From the NCBI RefSeq assembly GCF_963921235.1, contig NC_086108.1, positions 36,210,001-36,274,000 on the forward strand: a stretch of 64,000 bases of DNA. Reading direction: 5' to 3'. The notes under the pieces are model-generated. The model did no database searches. It saw only the letters and a list, made by a program, of their open reading frames with translations, and had not been told where the DNA came from. Numbering within the stretch: the stretch's first letter is position 1; every line of letters starts with the position of its first letter. Source of the stretch: Mobula hypostoma (taxonomy: Eukaryota). Below, piece after piece: positions 13,684 to 25,374 of this stretch. The position numbers and the translations under genes were made by a program.

Positions 13684-15509
13684 GTGTGTGTGTGTGTGTG
13701 TGTATAAATAAATAAAACCTGGATGAAAATGGATGGGTTAGTAAGTTTGCAGGTGACAAGAACATCAGTGGTGGGGTGGATTCAGTAGAAAACTGGCAAA
13801 GGATACAGTAGGATATAGATTAGTTTCAAATTTAGGAGGAGAAATGGTAGTTGAAATTTAACCAGGAAATGTGAAGTGTTGTACTTTAGGAGATCAAATG
13901 TAAAAGGACAGCGTACTATTAATGGCAGCCCTTAACAGTGTTGATATGGGGAGTGATCTTGGGGTCCAAGTCCATGGGTCCCTGAAAGTAGTTATATTAG
14001 TTGATAGGGTGGTAGAGAAGGCATATGGAATGCTTAACTTCATTAAGTGAAGAATTGTGTTCCGGAGTTAGGAAGCTATGTTGTCGTCCTATAAAACTAG
14101 TTCGGCCGTTTCTCAGTATTGCTTTCAATTCTGATTGCCCCATTATAGGAAGGGTTTCCAGGCTTTGGAGAGGGTGCCAGTTTCCCAGGATGCTATCTGA
14201 ATTAAAGGCCATGTGTAATTAGGAGAGATTGGACAAATTTGGATGTTTCCTTTGGAGCGGCAGAGGCTGAGGGGACATCTAAAAGAGCTTTCTAAAATTA
14301 TGAGAGGGATAGATAGAGTGGACAGCTGGTGTCTTTTACTTAGGGTTAAAATGTGTAATACCAGAGAGAATGCATTTAAAATGAGAGGGTGCAAGTTCAA
14401 AGCAGACGTGTGGGACAAATATTTACACAGAGTAATGAGTGTCTGGAATATGCTGCCGGGGGTTGTGGTGGGGGCAAATACAATGTGTTTAAGAGGCTTT
14501 TAGATTGGCACATAGATGTTGCTATTGTTCATCTTTGTAGTTCATATCCATTAAGATTTCAATTTTATGGTTTGTGACCTATTTACAGGCATTTCTTGTG
14601 TTTCATTTTGTTAATTCAAATAATGGTGATTGCTTTTTCTTTCTTAGGCATGTTAGGTTTTGAATGTATAACTTATTTACGTTTTCAACTTTACAGAGAG
14701 TTCACTTATGAAATAGTTTCAAATATATTAATTGACAAGTTACAGAATTGCATTTGTGTGAGTAACTGCCATAGCAATTCTGTAACTTGCCATTTAATGT
14801 TTTGATAAACTTTTTTTAAAAAAAGCAGTAAGCAAGGGTTATAAATAACCTGCAGTTTGATTCCTACCTTTGATTTGTCCGAGTTTCAGATGAAAGAAGT
14901 TGGTTGTTTCATGTTTTTTTTATATTAAAAAGCAGAAACTATAACATCTTTTATGACAGTAACTTGAGAAAGGCAAGAGAAATTAACCATCTGAATATTG
15001 GCACTGAATTCTTCTACAATCAAATCTATACCCTGTGCTTACAAAATAAAACCTTATTTCAAAAATGGAGAAGTGCTTTGGCCAATAAATTTAGAGTAGA
15101 AAGAACATTTTTCATCCTGCAAAGATCCAACTTAATTGAAGGGGTAGAGGTAAAAATTTATTGTAGTTTCAGTCGTGATCATATTTCATTTTTCCTGACA
15201 AATCAGTGCTGTCATGAGTGGGATAATGGCTTAACAATGTAGTCATGGTTTTGTTTCAGCATTGGCTAGTACTAGAATTGAAGATCCATGAAAAAGGGGA
15301 AGCAATTTATGTATTTTACTTCATGATTTAAGTTGTTTGTGAGAATTTAAGATGCTAATTACTTTAATTATTTACGATATTGTCAAACTTTTTATTTGAT
15401 TATTGAAACCTTTGAAGAGTTTTGAAATGTCTGACAATGAGAAGCATTTAAAATTTCTTCCAAATGTCCTTGATGGCAGAGCTATTACAGGTCATCAGGG
15501 TATTTTGGG

Positions 15510-15618
15510 TTGAGTCTCAGTATACGATACAGGAGGCATTCACTATATTGAGTCTCAGTGTATGATACAGGAGGCATTCACTACATTGAGTCTCAGTATA
15601 TGATACAGGAGGCATTCA
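15510..15618. repeat. 38-bp minisatellite, ~2.9 copies
   Basis: TTGAGTCTCAGTRTAYGATACAGGAGGCATTCACTAYA units start at 15510, 15548 and 15586. Confidence 0.95.
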
Positions 15619-16699
15619 AGTGCAAGCCTGCTGTGCCTTGCTTGATGCCTAACAACGATAATGTGTTAAGTTGGAAGGTCCTACATATCTGGAACAGTTA
15701 GGCCACTCAGAATGATTCCAAGTACTTTTATTTTGTTGGAGAAGCACTTATTTTGTTAGCTAATTATCTCTGATAATTATCTGTAGAATGAGATTTATGT
15801 TCCATCATGATAGAAATTGTAATTTTTTTCAGATTTCAAAGGAACGACAACATGCTGGTCCTTAACAAACATTAGCACATTAGTAGCATGCATTCTATGT
15901 CAATAGATATTTTATCACTTGAGAAAAAATCAGGACTGCAGTGCATTATTACCAAATTTGTGACACTCCCAAGAGCAGTTTCACTTCTCCATAAAGGACT
16001 TCTGTTTAACTTTAGATTTATATGCATGTGCTGTAGGATGAAGTGCTTTTGCATGGATTTTATTTTTAAAAGGTCTTTATTTATGTTGAGAGTGAGGCAA
16101 GATTGTGAAATGTCAGACACCATCGGTGAAAATTAAATCACCTCTGCTCATTGATAATAGAAAAGATAGAAAATCTCAGAACAGGAGTGTAATTTTGAAA
16201 TAAATGTTTTAGTTAAGAGTTTTTGCGTATATGCAGAGGGGAAAACCCATGTGAAATTGTTAGTAATTTGTTTTATACAACATGTTAAATATTCCAGATA
16301 TATCTCATTTATGAGAATCCACACTTGAAAAATAAATTGTAAAATGGAAAAGCAGCTCTTGAATTTGGGATCACTTTCTCCTGTTTTGCTGTTAGTAGAA
16401 TCACGGATACTGTAAGTTGGTAAACAGTTTATTATTGTCACATGTATGGAGTCAGTGAAAAGCGTTGTTTGCATTCCATCCAGATGGATCATTGTATACG
16501 AAAGTACAATACATCAAGGAAGTACGAAAGGAAAAAAAACAACAGAATGCAGATTGTAAAAGGGAAGAACAAATATAATGAATAGATCCATTGAAGCCAT
16601 CTTTTGCACAGTCCATCGGTGTAATCAACTGGGAGGAGCACCCTATAATTAGACAAGAAAAGCATAGTAGTAATGTAATCTAATTGGGTTCCATGCTAG

Positions 16700-18360
16700 A
16701 ATTCCAATATTGAGTTTAATTTTGTCTGGGTGGAAGATGAGGTGACATTCATCAAACTTATTTTGGAATAGTGCAATAAGCCAAAGAAAAGAATGGGATG
16801 GAAAGTTAAACTAACAGGGCACTAAAACTCAGGGTTGCCCCACGGCCTAAATGGCAGTGTTGGGAATCGCAGATACCCAGCCTGCATTTGTTTTTTCCAA
16901 TGTAAAGTAGACTAAATTGTGAGCATTGCACACAAGCATGAAATTAGAAGTGCAAACAGTTAATTTTCTTTTGGAAATGGTGGTTTGAGTCCCTGGGTAA
17001 TAGTAAATTATTATGTTTGAAGTAAATGGACAGCTGTTGGATCACCTGTGGTTTCAAGATAACATGCTAGAGAAGGAGAAAAGTTCTTACAGATGGAATT
17101 TAAACCAGGGAGCCATGAAGGAACTCATGAAGCTCATCCCTTTCCATTCACCCCAACCTAACCCCTAGAACATTCTCTTACGATAGCAGGAGGTGTGGCA
17201 GTTGTTTTTGCACTTCTTCCCTAACTCATATGCATGGCCGCCTTTCAAGTGATGCAAAGGTCACGAGCACCTCATTCCACCTCCTCTGTTGCATTCAGAG
17301 CTCCTGATGTGGTCTCCTCTACATCTCAAGACCAAATGCAGGCTAGGTGATTGTTTTGCAGAGTACCTACAATAACCATTCTGAACTCCTAGCTGCATGG
17401 CATTTTCTCTTCCCTTCCCATTGCAACACTGACCAATCCATCCTTCGGGCTTTTCCGCTTAGAGGGTGAGACCCAATGCAACCTCATATTCTGCCTCAAT
17501 AGTTTACAGTCTAATATCATGTGCATTTAGTTTTCCAATTTTAGATAATCTTCCCCTCTGGTGATTAACCCTTTCCCTCCTTTCTTCCCTCTGATCCTCC
17601 TCTCGTCCTCCTTTTTTTGACCCATTCCCCTCCAGTCTCATCAGCTGTCTTCATTGCCCTCCCCCTTCTGGCTGTATCTACCCTTTACACACATAGTTCA
17701 CCCACTAGCTCTAGCCCCACCTTCCCCACCCACATTCTGGTTCTAACTTCACCTGACACATACCTACTCATCTTTTCACCTCATGGTCATCATTAGAACC
17801 TCCTTTGCTCAAGATTCCAGCACTGGTTACCCTTTGGGTGTTCCTGCTTATCCCCCTCCAGCAGCTGTCTGCAACCTACACCTTCCTTTCCTCTCCTCCC
17901 CTCACCTTGCTTCATCTTCATCTTCATCTCCATAATTTGTCTGCCTTATTCTACCACCCACCTGTCATTTTCTCCCAACTCAACCCCACTCTTTTCCTCA
18001 ATCTTGTGTATACCTCTTTCGTCCACCTATCACCTCTGGCTCCAGTCTCACTCACTCCCCCCCCCCCCACTCCTTCTCTTTAGACTGTCAATTTCCCCTC
18101 TCCACTTGTAGTCCTGAAAATCATCAATTCCTTCCTGTCTCCCAGATTCCGTTCAGCTGACTGAGTTTCTCCAGCAGATTGGTTGTTACTAAGGTTAGCA
18201 GTTGGTCTGGTTACCCTCAAGTGGAGAAGGTCTGAGGATGGAAGGCCTGAGTTTGGGAATGGGAAAGGAGAGGAAATGGCATTCAGCTGGGAGCTTAGGA
18301 TGGTCAATGTGGACAGAGTGTAGGTGCTTTGCAAAACAGTCATCTAGTCCTCACTTAGCC
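16700..18360. mobile_element. Old Penelope-like (GIY-YIG) fragments in alternating orientation
   Basis: Minus strand CSQFSLLYIGKNKCRLG (~16875-16925); plus strand CGLLYI..KTKCRLGDCFAEYL (~17308-17370) with a pyrimidine-rich 3' region to ~18185; further minus fragment ~18200-18360. Confidence 0.7.
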
Positions 18361-18509
18361 TAGTTGTTGGGTTCCTTGGATTATTTCGAGAGCCATTTGC
18401 TGGTTGGGATTATACAGCTGGTGTTGGCAAATCCCAAAGAAGCACGATTGGTGGCAGGTAAGTTGATACAAATTGGTCTGTTTGGAAACTCATGATTAAG
18501 AGCTTGTGA

Positions 18510-20900
18510 TATGTTCCTTGGCAGTCTTCTACACCCATCCACAACAACACCAATCTTGGTATCACCTGCAACTTACTAACCCACCCATCTACGTTTTCAT
18601 CCAGGTCATTTATATATGTTGCAGACAGTAGAGGTCCCAGCGCAGATTCTTGCGGGACTCCACTAATTAGAGACCTCCAGCTTGAATGAGTCCCTTCAAC
18701 CACTACCCTCTGTTTTTTATGTGTAAGCCAGTTCTGAATCCAAAGAGTCAATTTTCCATGGACTCCATGCATCTTAATCCTCTGGATGAGGGGTTTGTCA
18801 AACACCTTACTAAAATCCATGTGTACAACATCCACCGCCCTACTGTCGTCACTCTTGTCACCTTGTCAAAAAAACTCAATCAATTTGCTATGGCATGACC
18901 TACCATGCACAAAGTCATGCTGACTCTCCCTAATTAGGCCATGGGTTTCCAAATGCTCATATATCTTATCCTTGATCCTAACTTTTGAAGCTTTACATAC
19001 TTCTCCTTTTTCTCCTTGACTAAATTCATCACCTCTCTGGATATCCAAAGTTCTCTTGTCTTTCCACCCCCGTCATTCCTTATAACAGGAATATACCTTT
19101 CTTGTACTTTATGCAATTGACTTGCCAGAGAGAAGGTGATCCCAATTAATGTTTCTATGTTCCTGCCTAATGCCCCTGTAATTCACTGTACTCCAATTTA
19201 AAATTCTCCCACAAGGACAATAGCTATCCTGAAAGTTAAGGGGTTACGGTCACTGTTCCCTAACTTTCCATCCACTGAAAGGTCTGTCCCCTGGTCAAGC
19301 TCATTTCCAAACACCAAGTCCAGTGCGGCCCCTCCTCTCTTTGGACCGTTCATATTGATTTAAGAAACTTTCCTGGATACATGTAACAAATTCTGCCCCA
19401 CCTAATCCCCGTGTACTAAGAAGGACTCAGTTTATGTTAAGGAAATTTAAATCTACCATGAGAACAACCCTATTATTTTTACACATTTCCTTAATATAAT
19501 TACATATCTGTTCCTCAATGTTCTGGTGGCTACGAGGGGGTCTGTAGTACAATCCCATTAGTATGATTGCTCTTTTCATATTCCTGAGTTTCATTATGTC
19601 TCCCCTGAGGGCAGCTGTGATATTGTCCCTGATTAGTAGTGCAACAATCCGCCCCCCCCCACCCCAACTCCTCCTCCCACCCCAACTCCTCCTCCATCTT
19701 TTCTAAAACTTCAAAAACCTGGTACATTAATCAACCATTCCTGCCCCCCTCTTAACCACGTTTCAGTAATGGTTACAACATTGTAATCCCATGTACTGAT
19801 CCATGCTCTAAGTTCATTACCCTTACCCACAATATTTCTAGCATTAAAATTTACATCAAACTATCCAAACCATCATACCTCTTATCTCTATTTTGCCTTT
19901 CAGTACTTTCCTTGACATCTACCTTCTGGTCTGATCCTTCCCAGCCCCCTGCAAAATTAGATTCTCTTCCAAGTAGCATCAGCAAACCTCCCAGCCAGAA
20001 TATTGATTCACCCCCAGTTCAGGTGCAACCCTTCCCTCCTGTACAGGACACCTTTTCCTCAGGAAAGGTTCCAATTTAAAACCCTTTCCCCTGCACCATC
20101 TCCTCAGCCATTCATTCATCCATGCTAACACCCATGCTACACCAGACCATGGCACTGGGTATAACCCAAAGATTACTACCTTGGAGGTCCTTTTCTTCAG
20201 CCTCTTTCCTAACTCTGTATACTTACTGTGTAGGACCTCTTCCCCTTTTCTACCTATGTCATTGGTGCCAATATGCACCGCAGCCTCTGACTGCTCCCCC
20301 TCCCCCTTGAGAATATCCTACAGCAGCTCTGATATATCATGGACCCTAGCACCCTGGAGGTAACACACCACCTTGGTATCTCTTTTGCGGTCAAATAATT
20401 TCCTTCTGTCCTCCTAACTATCAAGTCCCCTATAATTACTGCACTGCCAGACTGTACCCTTCTTGATTGAGCCTCAGTGTGCCCACCAGCCTGGCTGCAG
20501 TTGCTGTGATGTAATGGGTCATTCCCCCCCCCCCCCCGCCACAGCATCCAAAGAGATATACTTGTTGCCGAGGGGAATGGCCACAGTGGAACCCTGCACT
20601 GACTTCTTAATTCCTTTACCTCTCCTGGTGATCACGCATCTATTGTCCAGAGCCTGTACTCTGGGTGTGACTACTTCTTCGAAAGTCTCATCTATAATAT
20701 CCTCAGCCTCCTGAATGATTGTGAGTACATCCAACTTCAGCTCCAACTCATTGTCCCAGTTAACCAGGTGCTGAAGTTTGGTTCGCTTCCCGCAGATGTG
20801 GTCATCAGGGAAACAGTCAAGTATCCTGAATTCCCACATCTGACAGGAGGAGCATTCCATCCTGAGTACTCTGTACTTTTATTTAAAAAAAAGCTTACCT
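18510..20900 (-). mobile_element. Old CR1 LINE including ORF1 (zinc finger + SGNH esterase) and part of ORF2
   Basis: CSSCQMWE..DDHICGK (ORF1 zinc finger), HIGTNDIGRK (esterase), RESQHDFVHGRSC, MDFSKVFDK, GVPQESALGP. Confidence 0.9.
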
Positions 20901-20954
20901 CTTGTTAACTGTGTCTCCACTTGTTCATGCTGAAGCCTGTTAAATCAAAGCCTT

Positions 20955-20957
<3 letters not shown>

Positions 20958-21017
<60 letters not shown>
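20958..21017. repeat. (CA)n microsatellite
   Basis: About 30 CA units. Confidence 0.98.
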
Positions 21018-21019
<2 letters not shown>

Positions 21020-21105
21020 ACCCACCCCTGGCATAGTCCAACAATGGCCACTCCGTTCCAGCTGAGTTTAGGTTGCTGCTTACCAAGTCTGCACAGTCAA
21101 AAACG

Positions 21106-21324
21106 CAAACAACAGGAATTCTGCAGATGCTGGAAATTCAAGCAACACACATCAAAGTTGCTGGTGAACGCAGCAGGCCAAGCAGCATCTATAGGAAGAG
21201 GCGCAGTCGACGTTTCAGGCCTAACGTTAGTCCTGACGAAGGGTCTCGGCCTGAAACGTCGACTGCGCCTCTTCCTGTAGATGCTGCTTGGCCTGCTGCG
21301 TTCACCAGCAACTTTGATGTGTGT
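21106..21324. mobile_element. Palindromic PLE-terminus mini-insertion
   Basis: 80-bp inverted arms 21142-21221 / 21248-21327 (1 mismatch); 16-bp direct repeat TGCACAGTCAAAAACG at 21090-21105 and 21325-21340. Confidence 0.9.
21229..21264 (+). ncRNA. Minimal type I hammerhead ribozyme motif (PLE-associated)
   Basis: AGTC CTGACGA AGG-GTCTCGG-CCT GAAAC GTC GACT: stem I AGTC/GACT, core CUGANGA and GAAA, palindromic ACGT stem III; predicted cleavage after 21260. Confidence 0.8.
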
Positions 21325-22050
21325 TGCACAGTCAAAAACGACTGGTTTTGCCCAAATTTGCTCCTTTTCTACTCCCTCTCCCATCTTCAGTTGGGCTTTG
21401 ACACCGACACTCATACTTCCCACGCCTGAACCATTGAAAAAAGAAAAGAAAAGCATATTGAACAAATTTTAGCATTTTTAACTCATTTCCATTTGATATA
21501 TTTTGTGATTGTACCAAAGTGACAAGGGTAAATCAGATACTATAATTTGCCAGTAGGACATGCTCTCCATATTGTGAGAGTCTGAAAGAAGTATAAAGTG
21601 AGATACAATAGGTGGAAGGTCAAGTGGAGCAGGAACATTAGAATCCACCATTTGTCCTAAATGTTTCAGTGCAGTATTGAATATAATTCTACGTTAATTT
21701 ACTTGTGCACAGAGACATATTCAAGCCAGGTAGAGAATGTGAAAAGTGATGCATACTTTAGATGCATACTTTTAAATATGGAGGACTCTTGTAGATTTGC
21801 CTCAGTAAATAGGTTATAGTCATTCAGAAATGTTGAACAGCCATGTCCTTTATCTCTGGAAAATAGAAAACTATGTTTCAGATTATTGAGGATTTGGTAG
21901 GTTAAATGCTGAATTGATAGGGAAGAACAAATCAAGGGGCGATTACTATAAGGTGGTCAAAAATAACAGAATTCATGAGAACATCTCAACCAGATATTTA
22001 CAAAGAATGTAGAAACGCTACTTCTAGAAATTAATGAAAAGGACAGCATA

Positions 22051-22994
22051 TCTATATACTACTAAAACTCTCATGCTCGGTCTGTCTGTTCGTCTGTTTG
22101 TGACCTCCAATTAGCACAAACGGCGCATTACAGTGGCACTTTTTTTTGGCTAAATCGAATTAAAATGCGCTAACTTACAGAATGCAGGCAAAGTTCAAGG
22201 TTATATATCCATATAAAATTGCTGATTCGCCAAAAATCAACACGCTGCCTTTCACCCAAGACCCGATTGGCCAGCATGGAAATAGGGACGCCACAGCCCG
22301 ACGCATGTGCACAGCCAGCCTCAGCAGCGGGTCACGATGCTCACAGAGCCGCTCCCACCTTCCATGGAGACGGCGACGGCACAGCCGGATGCATGCACAC
22401 GGCCAGCCTCAGCAGCTTGGAGACTTTGGTGTTACTGCTTCCTATCTTCTATCAAGCATTAGGGTAAAAATATATGGATAACCTAATTATGCCGGGTGGA
22501 AAGAGAAGGGGGACATTATGGTTAAGAGATGACACCTGACGTCGTTGGGAAGCAGCAAGGAGAGGGAGACAACAACAATCGGATGAAGCTAAGGCCACAC
22601 GATTCCAGGATCAAAGAATCGGGACAAAAAAGGTGAAAGAAGAAGAGACAGAGGAGGAGAGGCATGCACGTCTCCAGGATCAGAGACAAACAACAAACAG
22701 CAGAAGAGATGAAGAGACGGGGGATGAAAAGACTGCACGTCTCCAGAATGACAACGAGATGCACAAGGGTGGCAGATAAACCAGAAATGATGCCATCAAA
22801 AGTGTCATTCGTTAAATGAGGAGCAGCTATATTTGCTTAGCTACGAGTCGTTCTTCTTTAATAAACTGAGGTTTTCTACTTCAGTTTCGAAAGCAAAGCG
22901 AAACCAATAGGAAAATTTAATGTTCATTCTGGTCACATCAGACTGCACTACCCTTCTCTCAAAGGGTGCCCCAATGGGTCACCCCATTGTCTAG
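22051..22994 (+). mobile_element. Non-autonomous Helitron
   Basis: A|TCTATATAC 5' end; 3' hairpin GGGTGCCCC-AAT-GGGTCACCC (22964-22984) then CTAG|T; no TSD; internal decayed ORF with ETEEERHARLQDQR repeats. Confidence 0.85.
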
Positions 22995-24523
22995 TATGAA
23001 CTAAAGCTGGGTAAGCACACAAGAAAGAACTAAAAGGATATTTTAAGAAGGAAATTTATAAATGAATGGGGCGAGATTTGTTTGCAGCATAAATACTAAC
23101 AGTCAAGTTGGGCTAAATGGACTGGTTTTATAATGTACATTTTTACAGTTGTTCAATGGAATTATAATATTTAAATATTGCTTTTATTGTTTTTTGTTGG
23201 CATTTAACTTTTTAATTTCATTAAAAAATTTACACTTTGTTCATTTGTATTTCTTGATAGGCTGTAATTTGCATCCCTTTGTGCATACTGAAAAAGAAGC
23301 GTAAAACCTAGCTGTTTGGTTATTTGGGGCATAGCTTTTATTTCAGGAAGGAAGATACCTTGTTTCTCACTGTATGGGTTTGTCCATGAAGAGGGGGTTA
23401 CAGGATACAGAAAGTTTAAAGAAAGATGTATTTTCTTTTATAATGTAAATAATTACTCCACTGATGCAGGCTTTGCCTGTCATTAAAGAATTTAATATTG
23501 AGCCCAGATTTTAGAGCTGGGTATTGCATTAAAACGGGAGAGAACAAGTCTTTGTCCTGCCTGTCCAGGTAGACCCATTGTTTCAGCTTGCTCCTGTCCC
23601 ACCAAACTCATTTCTGCATACCTCGCCACTGTTTTATCCCCCTTTGTTCAATCCCCTCCCGCCTATGTTCGTGACGCTTCTCACGCTCTGAATTTTTTCA
23701 ATGATTTTAAGTTCCCTGGCCCCCACTGCTTTATTTTCACCATGGATGTCCAGTTCCTATATACCTCCATCCCCCACCAGGAAGGTCTCAAAGCTCTTAG
23801 CTTCTTTTTGGATTCCAGACCTAACCGGTTCCCCTCTACCACCAGTCTTCTCCGTCTAGCAGAATTTTACTCTTAATAATTTCTCCTTTGGCTCCTCCCA
23901 CTTCCTCCAAACTAAAGGTGTAGCCATGGGCACCCTTATGGGTCCCAGCTATGCCTGCCTTTTTGTTGGCTTTGTGGAACAATCCATGTTCCAAGCCTAT
24001 ACTGGTATCTGTCCCCCACTTTTCCTTCGCTACATTGACGACTGCATTGGTGCTGCTTCCTGCATGCATGCTGAGCTCGTTGACTTTATTAACTTTGCCT
24101 CCAACTTTCACCCTGCCCTCAAGTTTACCTGGTCCATTTCCGACACCTCCCTCCCGTTTCTTGATCTTTCTGTCTCTATCTCTGGAGACAGCTTATTTAC
24201 TGATGTCTACTATAAGCCTACGGGCTCTCACAGCTACCGGGACTATTCCTCTTCCCACCCTGTCTCTTGCAAAAATGCCATCCCCTTCTCGCAATTCCTC
24301 TGTCTCCACCGCATCTTCTCTCAGGTTGAGGCTTTTCATTCCAGGACGAAGGAGATGTCTTCCTTTTTTAAAGAAAGGGGCTTCCCTTCCTCCACCATCA
24401 ACTCTACTCTCAGGCCTATTTCACGCACATCTGCTCTCACCACATCCTCCCGCCACCCCGCTAGGAATAGGGTTCCCCTTGTACTCACCTACCACCCCAC
24501 CAGCCTCCGGGTCCAACATATAA

Positions 24524-24614
24524 GGGAAGGGTCTCGGCCTGAAACATCGACTGCGCCTCTTCCTATAGATGCTGCCTGGCCTGCTGCATTCACCAGCAAC
24601 TTTGATGTGTGTTG
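24524..24614 (+). mobile_element. PLE terminal-repeat fragment inserted into the PLE ORF
   Basis: Flanked by ATATAA at 24518-24523 and 24615-24620; ORF resumes (IILRNFHHLQRDPTTKH) after it. Confidence 0.85.
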
Positions 24615-24960
24615 ATATAATTCTCCGTAACTTCCACCACCTCCAACGGGATCCCACCACTAAGCACGTCTTTCCCTCCCCCCCCCCGCTTTCCGCAGAG
24701 ATTGCTCCCTACGCGACTCCCTTGTCCATTCGTCCCCCCCATCCCTCCCCACCGATCTCTGGGCTTTCCCTCTCCCCCTTTCTTTATCCCTAGGTCTCCT
24801 GTCCCATGATCTTCTCCCTTCTCCAGCCTCGTGTCTCTTTTGCCGATCAACTTTCCAGCTCTTAGCTCCATCCCTCCCCCTCCTGTCTCCTATCATTTCG
24901 GATCTCCCCCTCCCCCTCCCCCTCCCACTTTCCAATCTCTTATTATCTCTTCTTTCAGTT

Positions 24961-24996
24961 GGTCCTGACGAAGGGTCTCGGCCTGAAACGTCGACT
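24961..24996 (+). ncRNA. Minimal hammerhead ribozyme motif in the PLE terminal repeat
   Basis: GGTC CTGACGA AGGGTCTCGGCCT GAAAC GTC GACT; predicted cleavage after 24992. Confidence 0.78.
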
Positions 24997-25374
24997 GTAC
25001 TCTTCCTATAGATGCTGCCTGGCCTGCTGCATCCACCAGCATTTTTTATGTGTGTTGCTTGAATTTTCAGCATCTGCAGATTTCCTTGTGCTTTTGTTTT
25101 TGAGAGCAGACTCTCCTGGTGATTGCTAAAATTTTCTTTAGTTAATTTTACTTTGCATTTATTAAGTAAATACTCCATGATTAACTCGTTGTGGTGCACA
25201 GATGTGGCAGTGCTATTGCAGTCTTGCACCCTGACCTGGAACACCTGGCTGTCAAATGTCATACGTTCTGTCTGCTGAGGGAGTGCTCTGTTATCATCCT
25301 GGTAGCGGTGTATATTCCATCTTGGCAAATGTCAGACTGGTGGTACTGGAGGAACTGAGCATCGTGGTCAGCAA

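Larger units (their letters stand above)
11346..14520 (+). mobile_element. Old CR1 LINE interrupted by an RTE-derived element and a Tc1
   Basis: MDVIYMDFSKVFDKVP at ~11356; RT resumes at ~11902 and again at ~13705 (DLDEN..WVSKFAGD) after each insert; C-terminus in ORF 14243-14503. Confidence 0.8.
23572..25098 (+). mobile_element. Penelope-like retroelement: 5'-truncated RT, endonuclease region deleted, terminal repeat intact
   Basis: GVAMGTLMGPSYACLFVG, FLRYIDD, LPFLDL, TDVYYKPT, HPVSCKNAIPFSQF are PLE RT/thumb motifs; jumps to the pyrimidine-rich 3' region at ~24760 without the GIY-YIG motif. Confidence 0.92.

Noticed and set aside
15510..15618. CRISPR-like repeat
   Set aside because: Head-to-tail units with no unique spacers, in a vertebrate intron with no cas genes.
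21073..21465. Overlapping ORFs on both strands with repeated peptides
   Set aside because: Mirror translations of the palindromic PLE insert.
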